Of a DNA stretch of 64,000 nucleotides, positions 20,525 to 30,718 are shown one piece after another. This DNA is from Polynucleobacter meluiroseus (lineage in GTDB: Bacteria; Pseudomonadota; Gammaproteobacteria; Burkholderiales; Burkholderiaceae). Where the stretch lies: positions 11,923 to 75,922 of the forward strand of contig CAMDUR010000005.1 in NCBI GenBank assembly GCA_945879115.1, in the 5' to 3' direction. Numbering within the stretch: position 1 is the stretch's first letter; every line of letters starts with the position of its first letter. The notes under the pieces are model-generated. The model was not told the origin of the DNA, ran no database searches, and saw nothing but the letters and a program-made list of their open reading frames with translations. A program made the position numbers and the translations under genes.

Positions 20525-21364
20525 ATGTCTTCAATACGCATCGCTACTTGGAACGTCAACTCTATTAAAGTTCGTTTGCCACATTTATTGCAGTGGTTGA
20601 GCTCTCAGGAGAAAAAAGATGCTCCTATTGACGCTCTTTGCCTCCAAGAATTAAAGTTAACTGAAGATAAATTCCCTTATGCTGAGTTAAATGCTGCTGG
20701 TTACTATGCTTTAGTAGCAGGTCAGAAGACATACAATGGCGTTGCTTTGTTATTAAAAAAATCTTCACTGGCAGCTACAGCACAAGACTCTGAAACGGCA
20801 TTTCTATCTCCCCAGAAAAATAATCCAAAATTTCAGGATGAGCAGCAGCGGATAGTTGCTGCCACAGTGGCATTTAAAGGTCGTCAACCCATGAGGTTGA
20901 TCTCTGCCTACTTTCCTAATGGACAGGCTCCTGGTACTGAAAAATTTGAATATAAAATGAATTGGTTGGCTGGCCTTTATGACTGGCTATCTGAAGAGTT
21001 AGAGGAGCATTCAAGAGTAGCTCTTTTGGGTGATTACAACATTGCACCAAGTGATGAAGATGTTCATGACCCCAAAGCTTGGGAGGGTCAAAATCTAGTA
21101 TCGCCAGAAGAAAGAGATGCTTTCTCTGGATTTATTGAATTAGGCTTTCATGATAGCTACAGAATGTTTGAACAGCTCCCCAAAAGCTTTAGCTGGTGGG
21201 ATTATCGAATGATGGGTTTTAGGCGCAACGCAGGTGTTCGTATCGATCACATTCTCTTGAGTGAAGAGCTTAAAAATGAATGTATAGCTAGCTTTATCGA
21301 CAAGGTGCCAAGGGGGTGGGAGCAGCCTTCAGACCACGCCCCTGTCATTACAACACTTAGTTAG
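20525..21364 (+). CDS. xthA: exodeoxyribonuclease III
   Basis: MSSIRIATWNVNSIKVRLP..., LQELK, and the C-terminal RIDHILLS...SDHAPV. ATG 20525 is preferred; the TTG 20483 extension has no homology. Confidence 0.92.
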   Translation: MSSIRIATWNVNSIKVRLPHLLQWLSSQEKKDAPIDALCLQELKLTEDKFPYAELNAAGYYALVAGQKTYNGVALLLKKSSLAATAQDSETAFLSPQKNNPKFQDEQQRIVAATVAFKGRQPMRLISAYFPNGQAPGTEKFEYKMNWLAGLYDWLSEELEEHSRVALLGDYNIAPSDEDVHDPKAWEGQNLVSPEERDAFSGFIELGFHDSYRMFEQLPKSFSWWDYRMMGFRRNAGVRIDHILLSEELKNECIASFIDKVPRGWEQPSDHAPVITTLS

Positions 21365-21376
21365 TTATTTAAAAAT

Positions 21377-23461
21377 CTAAGCCAAGCCCCCGTGGCGAAG
21401 TAGGGCATCAATTTGTGGTTCTCTACCCCGGAAAGCCTTGAACGATTCAGCTGCAGATCGACTGCCACCAACCTCTAAGATTTCTTGCCGGTATCTTTCT
21501 CCGGTTGCTTTGTCTAAAACGCTACCTGTTTTTTTAGCGGCCTCTTCAAATGCTGCATAAGCATCAGCCGAAAGAACTTCCGCCCATTTATAACTATAGT
21601 AACCAGCCGAGTAACCCCCAGCAAAAATATGGCTAAAAGTATTGGGCCATCTAGAGATATCAGATTGCGGGATGACATGAATATCATCATTGATCGATTT
21701 TGATAATGCCAATATATCTTTTGGCTGTGCTTTTTCAGATTGAAACTCAGAATGTAATTTCCAGTCAGCCATTGAGAAAACTAACTGTCTTAAAGTGCTC
21801 ATACCATTCTGGAAATTTTTAGCCGCAGTCATCTTATCAAAGAGCTCTTTTGGTAAAGTCTCTCCTGTTTCAACATGGGCGGTCATCTTTTGTAAGACTT
21901 CCCATTCCCAGCAGAAATTTTCCATAAATTGACTGGGGAGCTCAACTGCATCCCATTCAACACCGTTGATGCCAGAGACACCTAAAGCACTAACTTGTGT
22001 CAGCATATGATGTAAGCCATGACCACATTCGTGGAACATCGTAATGACATCATCATGGGTAATGGTTGGTTGTTGAGTAACACCATCAATGGTTACTGGA
22101 GAAGGGAAATTACAAACTAAATAAGCAACAGGTGTTTGGATCTCACCATTGGGTAATACCCGGCGACCTCTAGCATCATCCATCCAGGCGCCGCCACGTT
22201 TTCCAGGTCTGGCGTAAGGGTCTAAATAAAATTCAGCGACTAAATCACCCTTGTGATTAGTTACCTTGAAAGATTGCACATCTTTATGCCATTTTGGCAA
22301 TGAGTCCTCTTCAATATTTACGCCAAATAGAGTTTGAATAATTTCAAATAAACCATTTAGGACTTTAGGAAGAGGGAAGTATTGTTTGACTTCATTTTCA
22401 GAAAAGGCATAACGTTCTTGTTTTAGCTGCTCTGATACAAAAGTCATATCCCATGGTTCTAATTGATCAAGTCCAAGCTTTGTTTTGGCAAAGCTTTGTA
22501 ACTCAGACCAGTCTTTGCTACCGTGTGCTGCTGCTCTTTGAGCGAATTCATTTAAAAACTGATCAACTTCCGTCACTGTCTTTGCCATCTTAGGGGCGAT
22601 ACTCAGGGCAGCGTAATTTTCGAATCCCAACATGCGAGCTTCCTCATTTTTTAACTTGAGTTGCGCCAACATATTATTGGTGTTGTCCCACTCTTGTTTG
22701 CCACCACCATAGTTTGGTGCCAGATCTGAGGCTCTCGTAACGTAGGCTTGATAAAGAGTTTTTCTTAGTGAGCGATTCTCTGAAAACTGCATGACAGGTA
22801 AATAGGATGGAAAGTGAAGAGTAAATACCCAGTCTTCAAGCTCTTTTGAGTTAGCCAATTCCTTGGCTGCCGCTATGGCATCTTCAGGTAATCCCTTTAA
22901 TTCTGCTGGATTAGTAATTAAGTGTACGAAGCTATCTGTGGCATCTAAAACGTGATCAGAAAACTCTTTGGCAAGCTTAGCTTGTTCATCTTGAATTTCA
23001 GCAAAGCGGGGTTTTTGATCGCAAGCTAACTCGGCGCCACCAAGGCGGAAGTCCCGCAAAGAATTCAGGATGACTTTTTGTTGTGCACCATTCAAAGTTT
23101 TGAAGTCTGCTGACTCACTCAACTCTTTATACTTCTTATACAAATCTAAATTCTGACCAAGCGCGCTCCAAAAAGCTGTTACTTCAGGCAACATTTCACC
23201 ATAAGCATCACGTAAAGCTGGGCCGTCAGCAACGCTATTTAGATGGCTAATAACACCCCAGGATCTTCCCAGAGTTTCTGTAGCGCTTTCAAGAGGCTCA
23301 ACTAAACTCTCCCACGAGCAAGGAGTGCTAGGAGATAGTGAATGATCGACAGCGAGCTGCGCTTGTTTTAAAAGCTCTTGAATGGCTGGCTGAATATGTT
23401 TTGGTTGAATGGCTGAATAGTCAGGTAAGCCGTTACCGAATGATAGTAGGGGATTTGTCAT
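21377..23461 (-). CDS. prlC: oligopeptidase A (M3 metallopeptidase)
   Basis: 694 aa with the zinc motif HECGHGLHH and collinear M3 family blocks. Confidence 0.93.
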   Translation of the reverse strand: MTNPLLSFGNGLPDYSAIQPKHIQPAIQELLKQAQLAVDHSLSPSTPCSWESLVEPLESATETLGRSWGVISHLNSVADGPALRDAYGEMLPEVTAFWSALGQNLDLYKKYKELSESADFKTLNGAQQKVILNSLRDFRLGGAELACDQKPRFAEIQDEQAKLAKEFSDHVLDATDSFVHLITNPAELKGLPEDAIAAAKELANSKELEDWVFTLHFPSYLPVMQFSENRSLRKTLYQAYVTRASDLAPNYGGGKQEWDNTNNMLAQLKLKNEEARMLGFENYAALSIAPKMAKTVTEVDQFLNEFAQRAAAHGSKDWSELQSFAKTKLGLDQLEPWDMTFVSEQLKQERYAFSENEVKQYFPLPKVLNGLFEIIQTLFGVNIEEDSLPKWHKDVQSFKVTNHKGDLVAEFYLDPYARPGKRGGAWMDDARGRRVLPNGEIQTPVAYLVCNFPSPVTIDGVTQQPTITHDDVITMFHECGHGLHHMLTQVSALGVSGINGVEWDAVELPSQFMENFCWEWEVLQKMTAHVETGETLPKELFDKMTAAKNFQNGMSTLRQLVFSMADWKLHSEFQSEKAQPKDILALSKSINDDIHVIPQSDISRWPNTFSHIFAGGYSAGYYSYKWAEVLSADAYAAFEEAAKKTGSVLDKATGERYRQEILEVGGSRSAAESFKAFRGREPQIDALLRHGGLA

Positions 23462-23480
23462 AGCTTTATTATGTATCGAA

Positions 23481-23516
23481 AATTAAAAAAATTCAGGCGC
23501 CTAAAAGAGCGCCTGG
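23481..23516 (-). terminator. rho-independent terminator downstream of folD
   Basis: On the minus strand, stem CAGGCGC / GCGCCTG with an 8-nt loop, followed by AATTTTTTTAATTTT. Confidence 0.65.
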
Positions 23517-23554
23517 ATGTTGATATGCTGAAAGTGTCTTTTTTCCTGCTTAAC

Positions 23555-24400
23555 TTAGAGTCTTTCAGCAGCTTCTAATGTATTAAGTAATAGCATCGTG
23601 ATGGTCATTGGACCAACACCCCCTGGAACTGGCGTGATGGCGCTAGCTACAGTTTTAACCGACTCAAAATCTACGTCACCACAAAGTTTTCCATCATCCA
23701 TACGATTGATACCTACATCAATCACCACGGCACCAGGCTTAACCATCTCGGCAGTGATCATTTTTGGTCGACCAGTAGCAACAACTAATATATCGGCTTC
23801 TTTAGTATGGGCAGATAAGTCTCTGGTTTTACTATTGCAAATAGTTACTGTTGCACCTGCCTGAAGAAGCAACATGGCCATTGGTTTGCCAACGATATTA
23901 GAGGCGCCTACGATAACTGCGCGTGCTCCTCTAATCGGGTAATCAATACTCTCAAGCATTTTCATACAAGCATAAGGTGTACAGGGTCTAAATAAAGGTG
24001 CGCCAATCATGAGCGCTCCTGCATTGGCCACGTGGAAGCCATCAACATCCTTCTCAGGAGCAATTGATTCGATAACGATATGGCTATTGAGGTGTTTTGG
24101 TAGGGGGAGTTGAACCAAAATACCGTGGATGCTTAGATCCAAATTTAATTCGTGGATTCTTTTTATCAAAGCGGCTTCACTTAAGTCCGCAGGTAGTCTT
24201 TCTAGAAGAGAATGCATCCCAGCCTCTTCACAAGCTTTAACTTTATTACGAACATAAACCTGACTGGCTGGATCCTCGCCAACTAACAGAACTGCTAAAC
24301 CTGGTTTGATACCTTTTTTAACTAAAGCTGCTGTTCTGCTTGCGATTTCTAATCTAATTTTTTTGGCAAGGGCATTGCCATCAATAATTTGAAATGACAT
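23555..24400 (-). CDS. folD: bifunctional methylenetetrahydrofolate dehydrogenase / methenyl-THF cyclohydrolase
   Basis: 281 aa with motifs [30 protein letters not shown] and [10 protein letters not shown]. Confidence 0.96.
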   Translation of the reverse strand: MSFQIIDGNALAKKIRLEIASRTAALVKKGIKPGLAVLLVGEDPASQVYVRNKVKACEEAGMHSLLERLPADLSEAALIKRIHELNLDLSIHGILVQLPLPKHLNSHIVIESIAPEKDVDGFHVANAGALMIGAPLFRPCTPYACMKMLESIDYPIRGARAVIVGASNIVGKPMAMLLLQAGATVTICNSKTRDLSAHTKEADILVVATGRPKMITAEMVKPGAVVIDVGINRMDDGKLCGDVDFESVKTVASAITPVPGGVGPMTITMLLLNTLEAAERL

Positions 24401-24406
24401 AAATTC

Positions 24407-25030
24407 TTAAGAATTTGATTCTGATAATGCTAAACGTAATAAATCTGCAACAGTATTCACATTAAGTTTTTCCATAATGTTGGCACGGTGTGCTTCTACA
24501 GTTTTAATAGAAATATTTAAGTCATCTGCAATTTGTTTATTTAAACGACCAGCAACAATTCTCTCTAGTACTTGCTTTTCGCGACCAGTTAGTTTGCTGA
24601 GCAAATTTTGAGTATTCTTTTGAGTGTCAGCTTTTGCATAATCAACTCTTGCACGAGTGAGCATTTTTTCGACAAGAATCTTTAGCTCAGACTCTTTAAA
24701 TGGTTTTTCAATGAAATCAACTGCGCCTTTTTTCATGGTGGTGACTGCCATTGAGACATCACCGTGACCTGTAATAAAAGCGATTGGCATCGGAATAGCC
24801 TCACTGAGAAGGCGTTCTTGAAGTTCTAGTCCAGACATTCCAGGCATACGAACATCCAAAATTAAACATGAAACAGTTTCTTTGTCATCGTTTTGAAGAG
24901 ACTGAAGAAAACGTTCAGCACTAGATTGACACTTTATTGTGTAGCCATTGCTCTCTAAAAGCCACGTTAGAGAGTCTCTTACCGCCTCATCATCATCGAC
25001 GACGTAAACAATTTCAGTTTTATTGTTCAT
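24407..25030 (-). CDS. FixJ/NarL-family response regulator (receiver + LuxR-type HTH)
   Basis: Receiver domain VYVVDDDEAVRDS...DVRMPGMSG...GHGDVSMAVTTMKKGAVDFIEKPF, closely FixJ-like. C-terminal HTH LTGREKQVLERIVAGRLNKQIADDLNISIKTVEAHR. Confidence 0.88.
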   Translation of the reverse strand: MNNKTEIVYVVDDDEAVRDSLTWLLESNGYTIKCQSSAERFLQSLQNDDKETVSCLILDVRMPGMSGLELQERLLSEAIPMPIAFITGHGDVSMAVTTMKKGAVDFIEKPFKESELKILVEKMLTRARVDYAKADTQKNTQNLLSKLTGREKQVLERIVAGRLNKQIADDLNISIKTVEAHRANIMEKLNVNTVADLLRLALSESNS

Positions 25031-25035
25031 GATAT

Positions 25036-27534
25036 TTAATCTTCCATTGGAAGTAGTATTGTAAAGGTGCAGCCGGTGTTATCGGGTTCTTTTTCACTTG
25101 CATGGTTAGTCACCCAGAGTCTGCCTCTGTGTGATTCAACAATTGAGCGACAAATATTTAGACCAATCCCCATGCCATCTTGCTTAGTACTGAAAAATGG
25201 CTCATACAGCCGCAAAAGAGCATCTTCTGGAATGCCAGGGCCATGATCTGATACTTGAATTCTAAACATATTTGGACTAACACTTTGATCAATATCCACT
25301 TTTATATCAATGATTTTGGCGTTTGGGATATTTGGGGGGCTTTTTTTGACGGCATCAATCGCATTTTTCAGAAGGTTAACTAGCACCTGCTGGATCAAAA
25401 TAGGGTCAAGATGGACTAGTGGAAGGTTGTCTGTAAAAGATTTGCTGAGTTGAACACCATGTCGATGGGCCTCAATTTCAGCCAACCCAACAGAGTCCTC
25501 AATGATATTACGGATATCGACCATTTGACTCTGTGGCTGACTTCGTTTTACAAAGCCACGGATCCGCTGAATGATTGTTCCGGCCCTATGAGCTTGCGTT
25601 GTTGCTTTCTCAATGGCCGGCAAAATATCTTTATGAATATCAAATGGTTGATTTGATTTGAGGCGGTTAGCAATACCTGTGCAATAGTTACTGATAGCAG
25701 CCAATGGCTGATTCAATTCGTGAGCTAAAGAAGAGGCCATTTCACCCATAGTGGTTAAACGGCTTGAAAATTGAATTTTTTCTTCTTGCTGTCGAGTTGC
25801 CTCATCGGCATTTTTACGAGCGGTTATATCTGTTGCCACTATTAATTGGGCAAGATGACCGTCTATCCAGGAAATATATCGACGCCTGACTTCATACCAA
25901 GACTTGGTATTGTTTATTTGAATCTCTCTAAAGTCTGATATAGCAGGAGTGAGTTCTGATGCAGGTAAGCCAACGAAGCCATCGACACTATCTATATCAG
26001 ATTCATCCATTGCACTAGGCTCAATTTCATGGCCAGCTAAATCTAAGTGAGCTTGTGTGTTGGCACCGAAGTGATCTCGGTAATATTTGTTTGCAAAAAG
26101 ATGCTGACCGCTTTGCAAAGAGATAACGGAGACGGCAGCGTCCAAGCTCTCTAAAACAGTAGTGAAGCGTTCTTGTGCAAGTGCAAGTTCCTGACGGGCT
26201 TTTACTGGCTCAGAAATATCAACGACTGAACTAACCCATCCAATTTGTTGACCTTTTTCATTATTAAGTTTTGAAACAAATGTTCGAACGTTGATGTTTT
26301 TGCCATCTCTGGTTCTGAGCATTGCTTCATAACCAGCCTTAGGACTGTTGCCAGTCAAGGCAGTAGACATTTTTTTACTAAGATCTGACAACATTTCATC
26401 AGGCCAGTATGGAAAAGGGGCTGACATACCGATCAATTCTTTATTGTCCCAACCAACCATTTCACAAAATGCAGGATTGACATAGGTAATCTTACCGTCC
26501 ATGTCATGAGCTCTCATCCCTATAGTGTTCGATTCCTCCAGCGCTCTTCTGAAATTGGTTTCAATCTGTAAATCTTTTTGGATTGAAAAGCGTTGCTTTG
26601 TTTGTTTCCAAACAGACCACAAGCTCCAAAGAACAAAGCCACAAAGACCAATCACTAACCAAAGTAAAGTTCTGTAAGTAAGGTTTGTCGGAGTTGGGTA
26701 GGTGCTAACGTTAAGAGTAAGAGGGGTTACTAGCTTATCGATCGTGACGTTATATTCTATAGATCGTGCACTAGTTTTTTTAAAATTAGAAGTTGCAATA
26801 GATGAACCGTTATTGTCGATTAAAGTGAATCTATAAATACCACTGAGCTCAGTAGGTACCATGTGCTTGAGCATTCTTCTTGCGGAGTAAATGACGGCAA
26901 TAGCACCAATCACCTCACCACGTTGAATGACAGGTGTGACGTGCCAAAAAATATTTTCACGGTCTAGGGTGGCGTTATCTCTTTCCTCGTATTTTAAATT
27001 GAGTACTTCACCATACTCAGCGGTAGTTGTTTCAGAAACTAAAGCAAATACTTTATCTAATTCGTCTTCGATCTTATTTTTGACTGCCGCACGCTCAAAC
27101 CAATCTGTTTGATTGACAGAAACTGGAATATTCCATAATTTTTGTTTTTTGTTATCAATCCATCGCAAATGCAAAATTTCAGGAATGTCTTGAATAACTG
27201 TTGATGCTCTTTTTAAGAGCACGTCAGGATTTTGCTTTTGACCAATCGCATTACTGATCTCTCGACTTAACTCCAAAACATTGTCTTCATTAGAGTTAAA
27301 ACGCATCATGATCCGCTGTTTAGCGTAGGCGCTTTCTCGATAAAGAGTGTATTGCTGTTGGTTGCTATCCTGGTAGTTAAGAGTCCACAAAATTAATGCC
27401 ATGACACCCGTAAAAATGACAATTGCCAGTATGGGTACATACAAATATGTATAGGATCTACTTTTATAGTTCAAAGCCTTTGGCAATAGCTTATCTAGTA
27501 AGTGCATAAATTTTGTGACGATGCGGGTAATCAA
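25036..27534 (-). CDS. membrane-bound PAS-domain sensor histidine kinase (FixL-like)
   Basis: Two TM segments flank a periplasmic-type domain. Two PAS-like regions, H-box SSLAHELNQPLAAISNY and HATPase motifs (DHGPGIPED, GMGIGLNICRSIV). The track start is TTG 27534; ATG 27507 is an alternative. Confidence 0.85.
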   Translation of the reverse strand: MITRIVTKFMHLLDKLLPKALNYKSRSYTYLYVPILAIVIFTGVMALILWTLNYQDSNQQQYTLYRESAYAKQRIMMRFNSNEDNVLELSREISNAIGQKQNPDVLLKRASTVIQDIPEILHLRWIDNKKQKLWNIPVSVNQTDWFERAAVKNKIEDELDKVFALVSETTTAEYGEVLNLKYEERDNATLDRENIFWHVTPVIQRGEVIGAIAVIYSARRMLKHMVPTELSGIYRFTLIDNNGSSIATSNFKKTSARSIEYNVTIDKLVTPLTLNVSTYPTPTNLTYRTLLWLVIGLCGFVLWSLWSVWKQTKQRFSIQKDLQIETNFRRALEESNTIGMRAHDMDGKITYVNPAFCEMVGWDNKELIGMSAPFPYWPDEMLSDLSKKMSTALTGNSPKAGYEAMLRTRDGKNINVRTFVSKLNNEKGQQIGWVSSVVDISEPVKARQELALAQERFTTVLESLDAAVSVISLQSGQHLFANKYYRDHFGANTQAHLDLAGHEIEPSAMDESDIDSVDGFVGLPASELTPAISDFREIQINNTKSWYEVRRRYISWIDGHLAQLIVATDITARKNADEATRQQEEKIQFSSRLTTMGEMASSLAHELNQPLAAISNYCTGIANRLKSNQPFDIHKDILPAIEKATTQAHRAGTIIQRIRGFVKRSQPQSQMVDIRNIIEDSVGLAEIEAHRHGVQLSKSFTDNLPLVHLDPILIQQVLVNLLKNAIDAVKKSPPNIPNAKIIDIKVDIDQSVSPNMFRIQVSDHGPGIPEDALLRLYEPFFSTKQDGMGIGLNICRSIVESHRGRLWVTNHASEKEPDNTGCTFTILLPMED

Positions 27535-27771
27535 CTGTTAATTCCTACTTACTAGGGGAAAACCATAGAAGACATGAGTTTAATTCGAGCAGAGAGTGAG
27601 TGATTGTTTTTTTTAGCCTTAAGTGCTGCTTAGCAATAATATTCCATATTGTGAGAAACCTATTCGTTATGTGGTAAATAGATTGCAACTGCTAGATGTG
27701 CTTTTTAAAATTAGCCCACAACTAAAAAATGATCAAAAAGACCAGTGCTACTGGACCAAGAGGAGATAAAG

Positions 27772-30468
27772 ATGGCTGATTTACCGGGGCAAAACATGGG
27801 TGCTAACCAGCAGCATGATGTGGATCCAATTGAAACCAGAGAGTGGATTGATGCGCTCAATGGCGTCATTGCTAAAGAAGGTGTTGATCGTGCCGCATTT
27901 TTGATTGACGAACAAATCTCTCATGCTCGAGTGAGTGGCGTTGTACAACCCTTCCATGCTGAAACTCCTTACATCAATACGATTCCTGTAGAGCAGCAAG
28001 CAAAGCTTCCTGGTAACCACGAGTTAGAAGAGCGCATTCGTGCATATACACGCTGGAATGCCATGGCGATGGTATTGCGTGCTAATAAAGATACCAACGT
28101 TGGTGGACATATTTCTTCCTTTCAATCAGCAGCCACTCTTTACGACGTAGGTTTTAACCACTTTTGGCATGCGCCATCTGATAAGCATGGTGGCGATCTT
28201 GTTTTTGTTCAAGGCCACGTAGCAACCGGAGTTTATGCTCGCGCTTATATGTTGGGTCGTCTAACAGAAGAGCATTTAGATAACTTCCGCCAAGAGGTTG
28301 ATGGCAACGGAGTATCGAGCTATCCCCATCCTTGGTTGATGCCAGATTTCTGGCAATTTCCAACAGTATCTATGGGACTTGGACCAATCATGGCCATTTA
28401 CCAAGCAAGATTTATGAAGTATTTGCAGGATCGTGGCTTTGCTAAGACAGAGGGGCGCAAGGTCTGGGCATTCTTAGGCGATGGTGAAACGGATGAACCA
28501 GAGTCATTGGGTGCAATCGGTATGGCTGGACGTGAAAACCTCGATAACCTTTGTTTTGTTATTAACTGTAATTTACAGCGCTTAGATGGCCCAGTTCGCG
28601 GTAACGGTAAGATCATTCAAGAGTTAGAGGGTGAGTTCCGAGGTTCAGGTTGGAATGTCATTAAATTAGTTTGGGGCACGCATTGGGATGCTTTGTTCGC
28701 ACGGGACAAAAAAGGTATCTTGATGAAGCGCTTGGGTGAAATCGTGGATGGTGAATACCAAACCATGAAATCTAAAAATGGCGCATACGTCAGACAAGCC
28801 GTTTTCAATACACCAGAGCTTCAAGCACTAGTTGCTGATTGGAGTGATGATGAGGTTTGGAATCTGAATCGTGGCGGTCATGATCCATATAAAGTGTATG
28901 CCGCATTCCATGCAGCCAACAACCATAAAGATCAACCCACGGTTATTTTGGCAAAGACGATCAAAGGCGATGGCATGGGCAGTTCCGGCCAAGCCATGAA
29001 CATTGCTCACCAAGCTAAGAAAATGAACATTGAGGACATTAAAGCCTTCAGAGATCGTTTCAAAATTCCTGTCACCAATGAAAATATTGAGAAGTTACCT
29101 CTTGTTAAATTTGAAGAGGGTAGCGAAGAACTCAATTACATGCGTGAGAGACGGATGGAATTAGGCGGTTACTTACCTCAGCGCCGAATGAAAGCTGAGA
29201 GCTTAGATGTGCCGTCACTAGAAACTTTTACGCCACTGCTTGAGCCAACAGTAGAGGGTCGTGAGATCTCTACTACGATGGCTTTTGTTCGTATGCTGAA
29301 CATGATTGTTAAAGATAAGGTGATTGGTAAGCGAGTTGTTCCTATTGTTCCTGACGAATCAAGAACTTTCGGTATGGAAGGTATGTTCCGTCAATTAGGT
29401 ATTTGGAGTCAAAAGGGTCAGCTATATACACCGCAAGATCATGATCAATTGATGTTCTACAAAGAGGACAAGCACGGTCAGATTCTTCAAGAGGGTATCA
29501 ATGAGGCAGGTGCGATGTGTGATTGGATTGCTGCGGCAACCTCTTACTCAACCCATGGTGTACCGATGCTTCCTTTCTATATTTTTTATTCGATGTTTGG
29601 TTTCCAGCGTATCGGTGATTTAGCATGGGCTGCTGGTGATATGCGTAGTCGTGGTTTCTTGCTAGGCGGCACTGCTGGTAGAACAACCCTCAATGGTGAA
29701 GGTTTACAACACGAAGATGGGCACAGCCATCTATTGAGCGCTTCAATTCCAAACTGTATTAGTTATGACCCTACATTTGCTTTTGAATTAGCAGTCATCA
29801 TTCAAGATGGTATGCGTCGTATGATGACGGATCAAGAGGATGTTTATTACTACTTGACTTTGATGAATGAGAACTATGCTCATCCAGCAATGCCAAAGGG
29901 TGCTGAGAAAAATATCTTAAAGGGAATGTATCAATTGAGTAGTGTTGGTGATGCCAAGGCTAAGCAACGGGTTCAATTATTAGGAAGCGGTACCATCCTT
30001 CGTGAAGTCATTGAGGCGGCAAATATGTTGCGTGATGATTGGGGTGTTGCATCTGATATTTGGAGTTGCCCAAGCTTCACTGAGTTAGGACGTAACTGGA
30101 ATACGGTCTCGCGTCACAACATGTTGAACCCAACTGACAAACCAGTTTTATCTCATGTTGAGTCAATGCTAAAAGATACGACAGGTCCAGTGATAGCTGC
30201 AACGGATTACGTTCGAATGTTTGCTGAACAGATTCGTCCAGCCATTCAAAATACGGGTAAGCGTTACAACGTACTAGGTACAGATGGTTATGGTCGCTCA
30301 GATACTCGTGAGAAATTAAGACACTTCTTTGAAGTTGATCGTCGCTGGGTTACTCTAGCCGCTCTTAAATCCTTAGCAGATGATGGTCAGATTGAGCATA
30401 AAAAAGTTGCTGAAGCCTTGAAGAAATATGGCTTGGATCCTAAAAAACCTAACCCAATGACAGTGTGA
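27772..30468 (+). CDS. aceE: pyruvate dehydrogenase E1 component (homodimeric type)
   Basis: ThDP-binding block GDGETDEPES...NCNLQRLDG and full-length collinearity with AceE. ATG 27772 lies 6 nt after RBS AGGAG and is preferred over GTG 27745. Confidence 0.96.
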   Translation: MADLPGQNMGANQQHDVDPIETREWIDALNGVIAKEGVDRAAFLIDEQISHARVSGVVQPFHAETPYINTIPVEQQAKLPGNHELEERIRAYTRWNAMAMVLRANKDTNVGGHISSFQSAATLYDVGFNHFWHAPSDKHGGDLVFVQGHVATGVYARAYMLGRLTEEHLDNFRQEVDGNGVSSYPHPWLMPDFWQFPTVSMGLGPIMAIYQARFMKYLQDRGFAKTEGRKVWAFLGDGETDEPESLGAIGMAGRENLDNLCFVINCNLQRLDGPVRGNGKIIQELEGEFRGSGWNVIKLVWGTHWDALFARDKKGILMKRLGEIVDGEYQTMKSKNGAYVRQAVFNTPELQALVADWSDDEVWNLNRGGHDPYKVYAAFHAANNHKDQPTVILAKTIKGDGMGSSGQAMNIAHQAKKMNIEDIKAFRDRFKIPVTNENIEKLPLVKFEEGSEELNYMRERRMELGGYLPQRRMKAESLDVPSLETFTPLLEPTVEGREISTTMAFVRMLNMIVKDKVIGKRVVPIVPDESRTFGMEGMFRQLGIWSQKGQLYTPQDHDQLMFYKEDKHGQILQEGINEAGAMCDWIAAATSYSTHGVPMLPFYIFYSMFGFQRIGDLAWAAGDMRSRGFLLGGTAGRTTLNGEGLQHEDGHSHLLSASIPNCISYDPTFAFELAVIIQDGMRRMMTDQEDVYYYLTLMNENYAHPAMPKGAEKNILKGMYQLSSVGDAKAKQRVQLLGSGTILREVIEAANMLRDDWGVASDIWSCPSFTELGRNWNTVSRHNMLNPTDKPVLSHVESMLKDTTGPVIAATDYVRMFAEQIRPAIQNTGKRYNVLGTDGYGRSDTREKLRHFFEVDRRWVTLAALKSLADDGQIEHKKVAEALKKYGLDPKKPNPMTV

Positions 30469-30478
30469 GGCGAGCTAT

Positions 30479-30718
30479 ATGAGTCAAGCAATCGAAATCA
30501 AAGTTCCTGATATTGGTGATTACAAGGATGTACCTGTTATTGAGATCCACGTTAAACCAGGTGACCGTGTTGAAAAAGAGCAAACTTTAGTTACCCTAGA
30601 GTCTGATAAAGCTACGATGGATGTTCCTTCATCAGAAGCTGGTGTCATCAAAGAAGTAAGAGTGAAAGTTGGAGAAAACATTTCTGAGGGAACTGTTGTT
30701 GTTCTTTTAGAGGCAAGC
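30479..30718 (+). repeat. lipoyl-domain module copy 1 (aceF)
   Basis: IEIKVPDIGDYKDVPVIEIHVKPGDRVEKEQTLVTLESDKATMDVP... DNA and protein similarity to copies 2 and 3 is visible by eye. Confidence 0.85.

Noticed and set aside
27745-27771. N-terminal extensions proposed by the ORF track from GTG/TTG starts: aceE 27745, pyrD 39605, ppiA 44113, dapD 59105, binding protein 48813, xthA 20483, ntrC 18978
   Set aside because: In each case a downstream ATG has a better-placed Shine-Dalgarno sequence. It also restores the family-typical N-terminus or signal peptide, or creates a classic ATGA overlap. The extensions have no homology.
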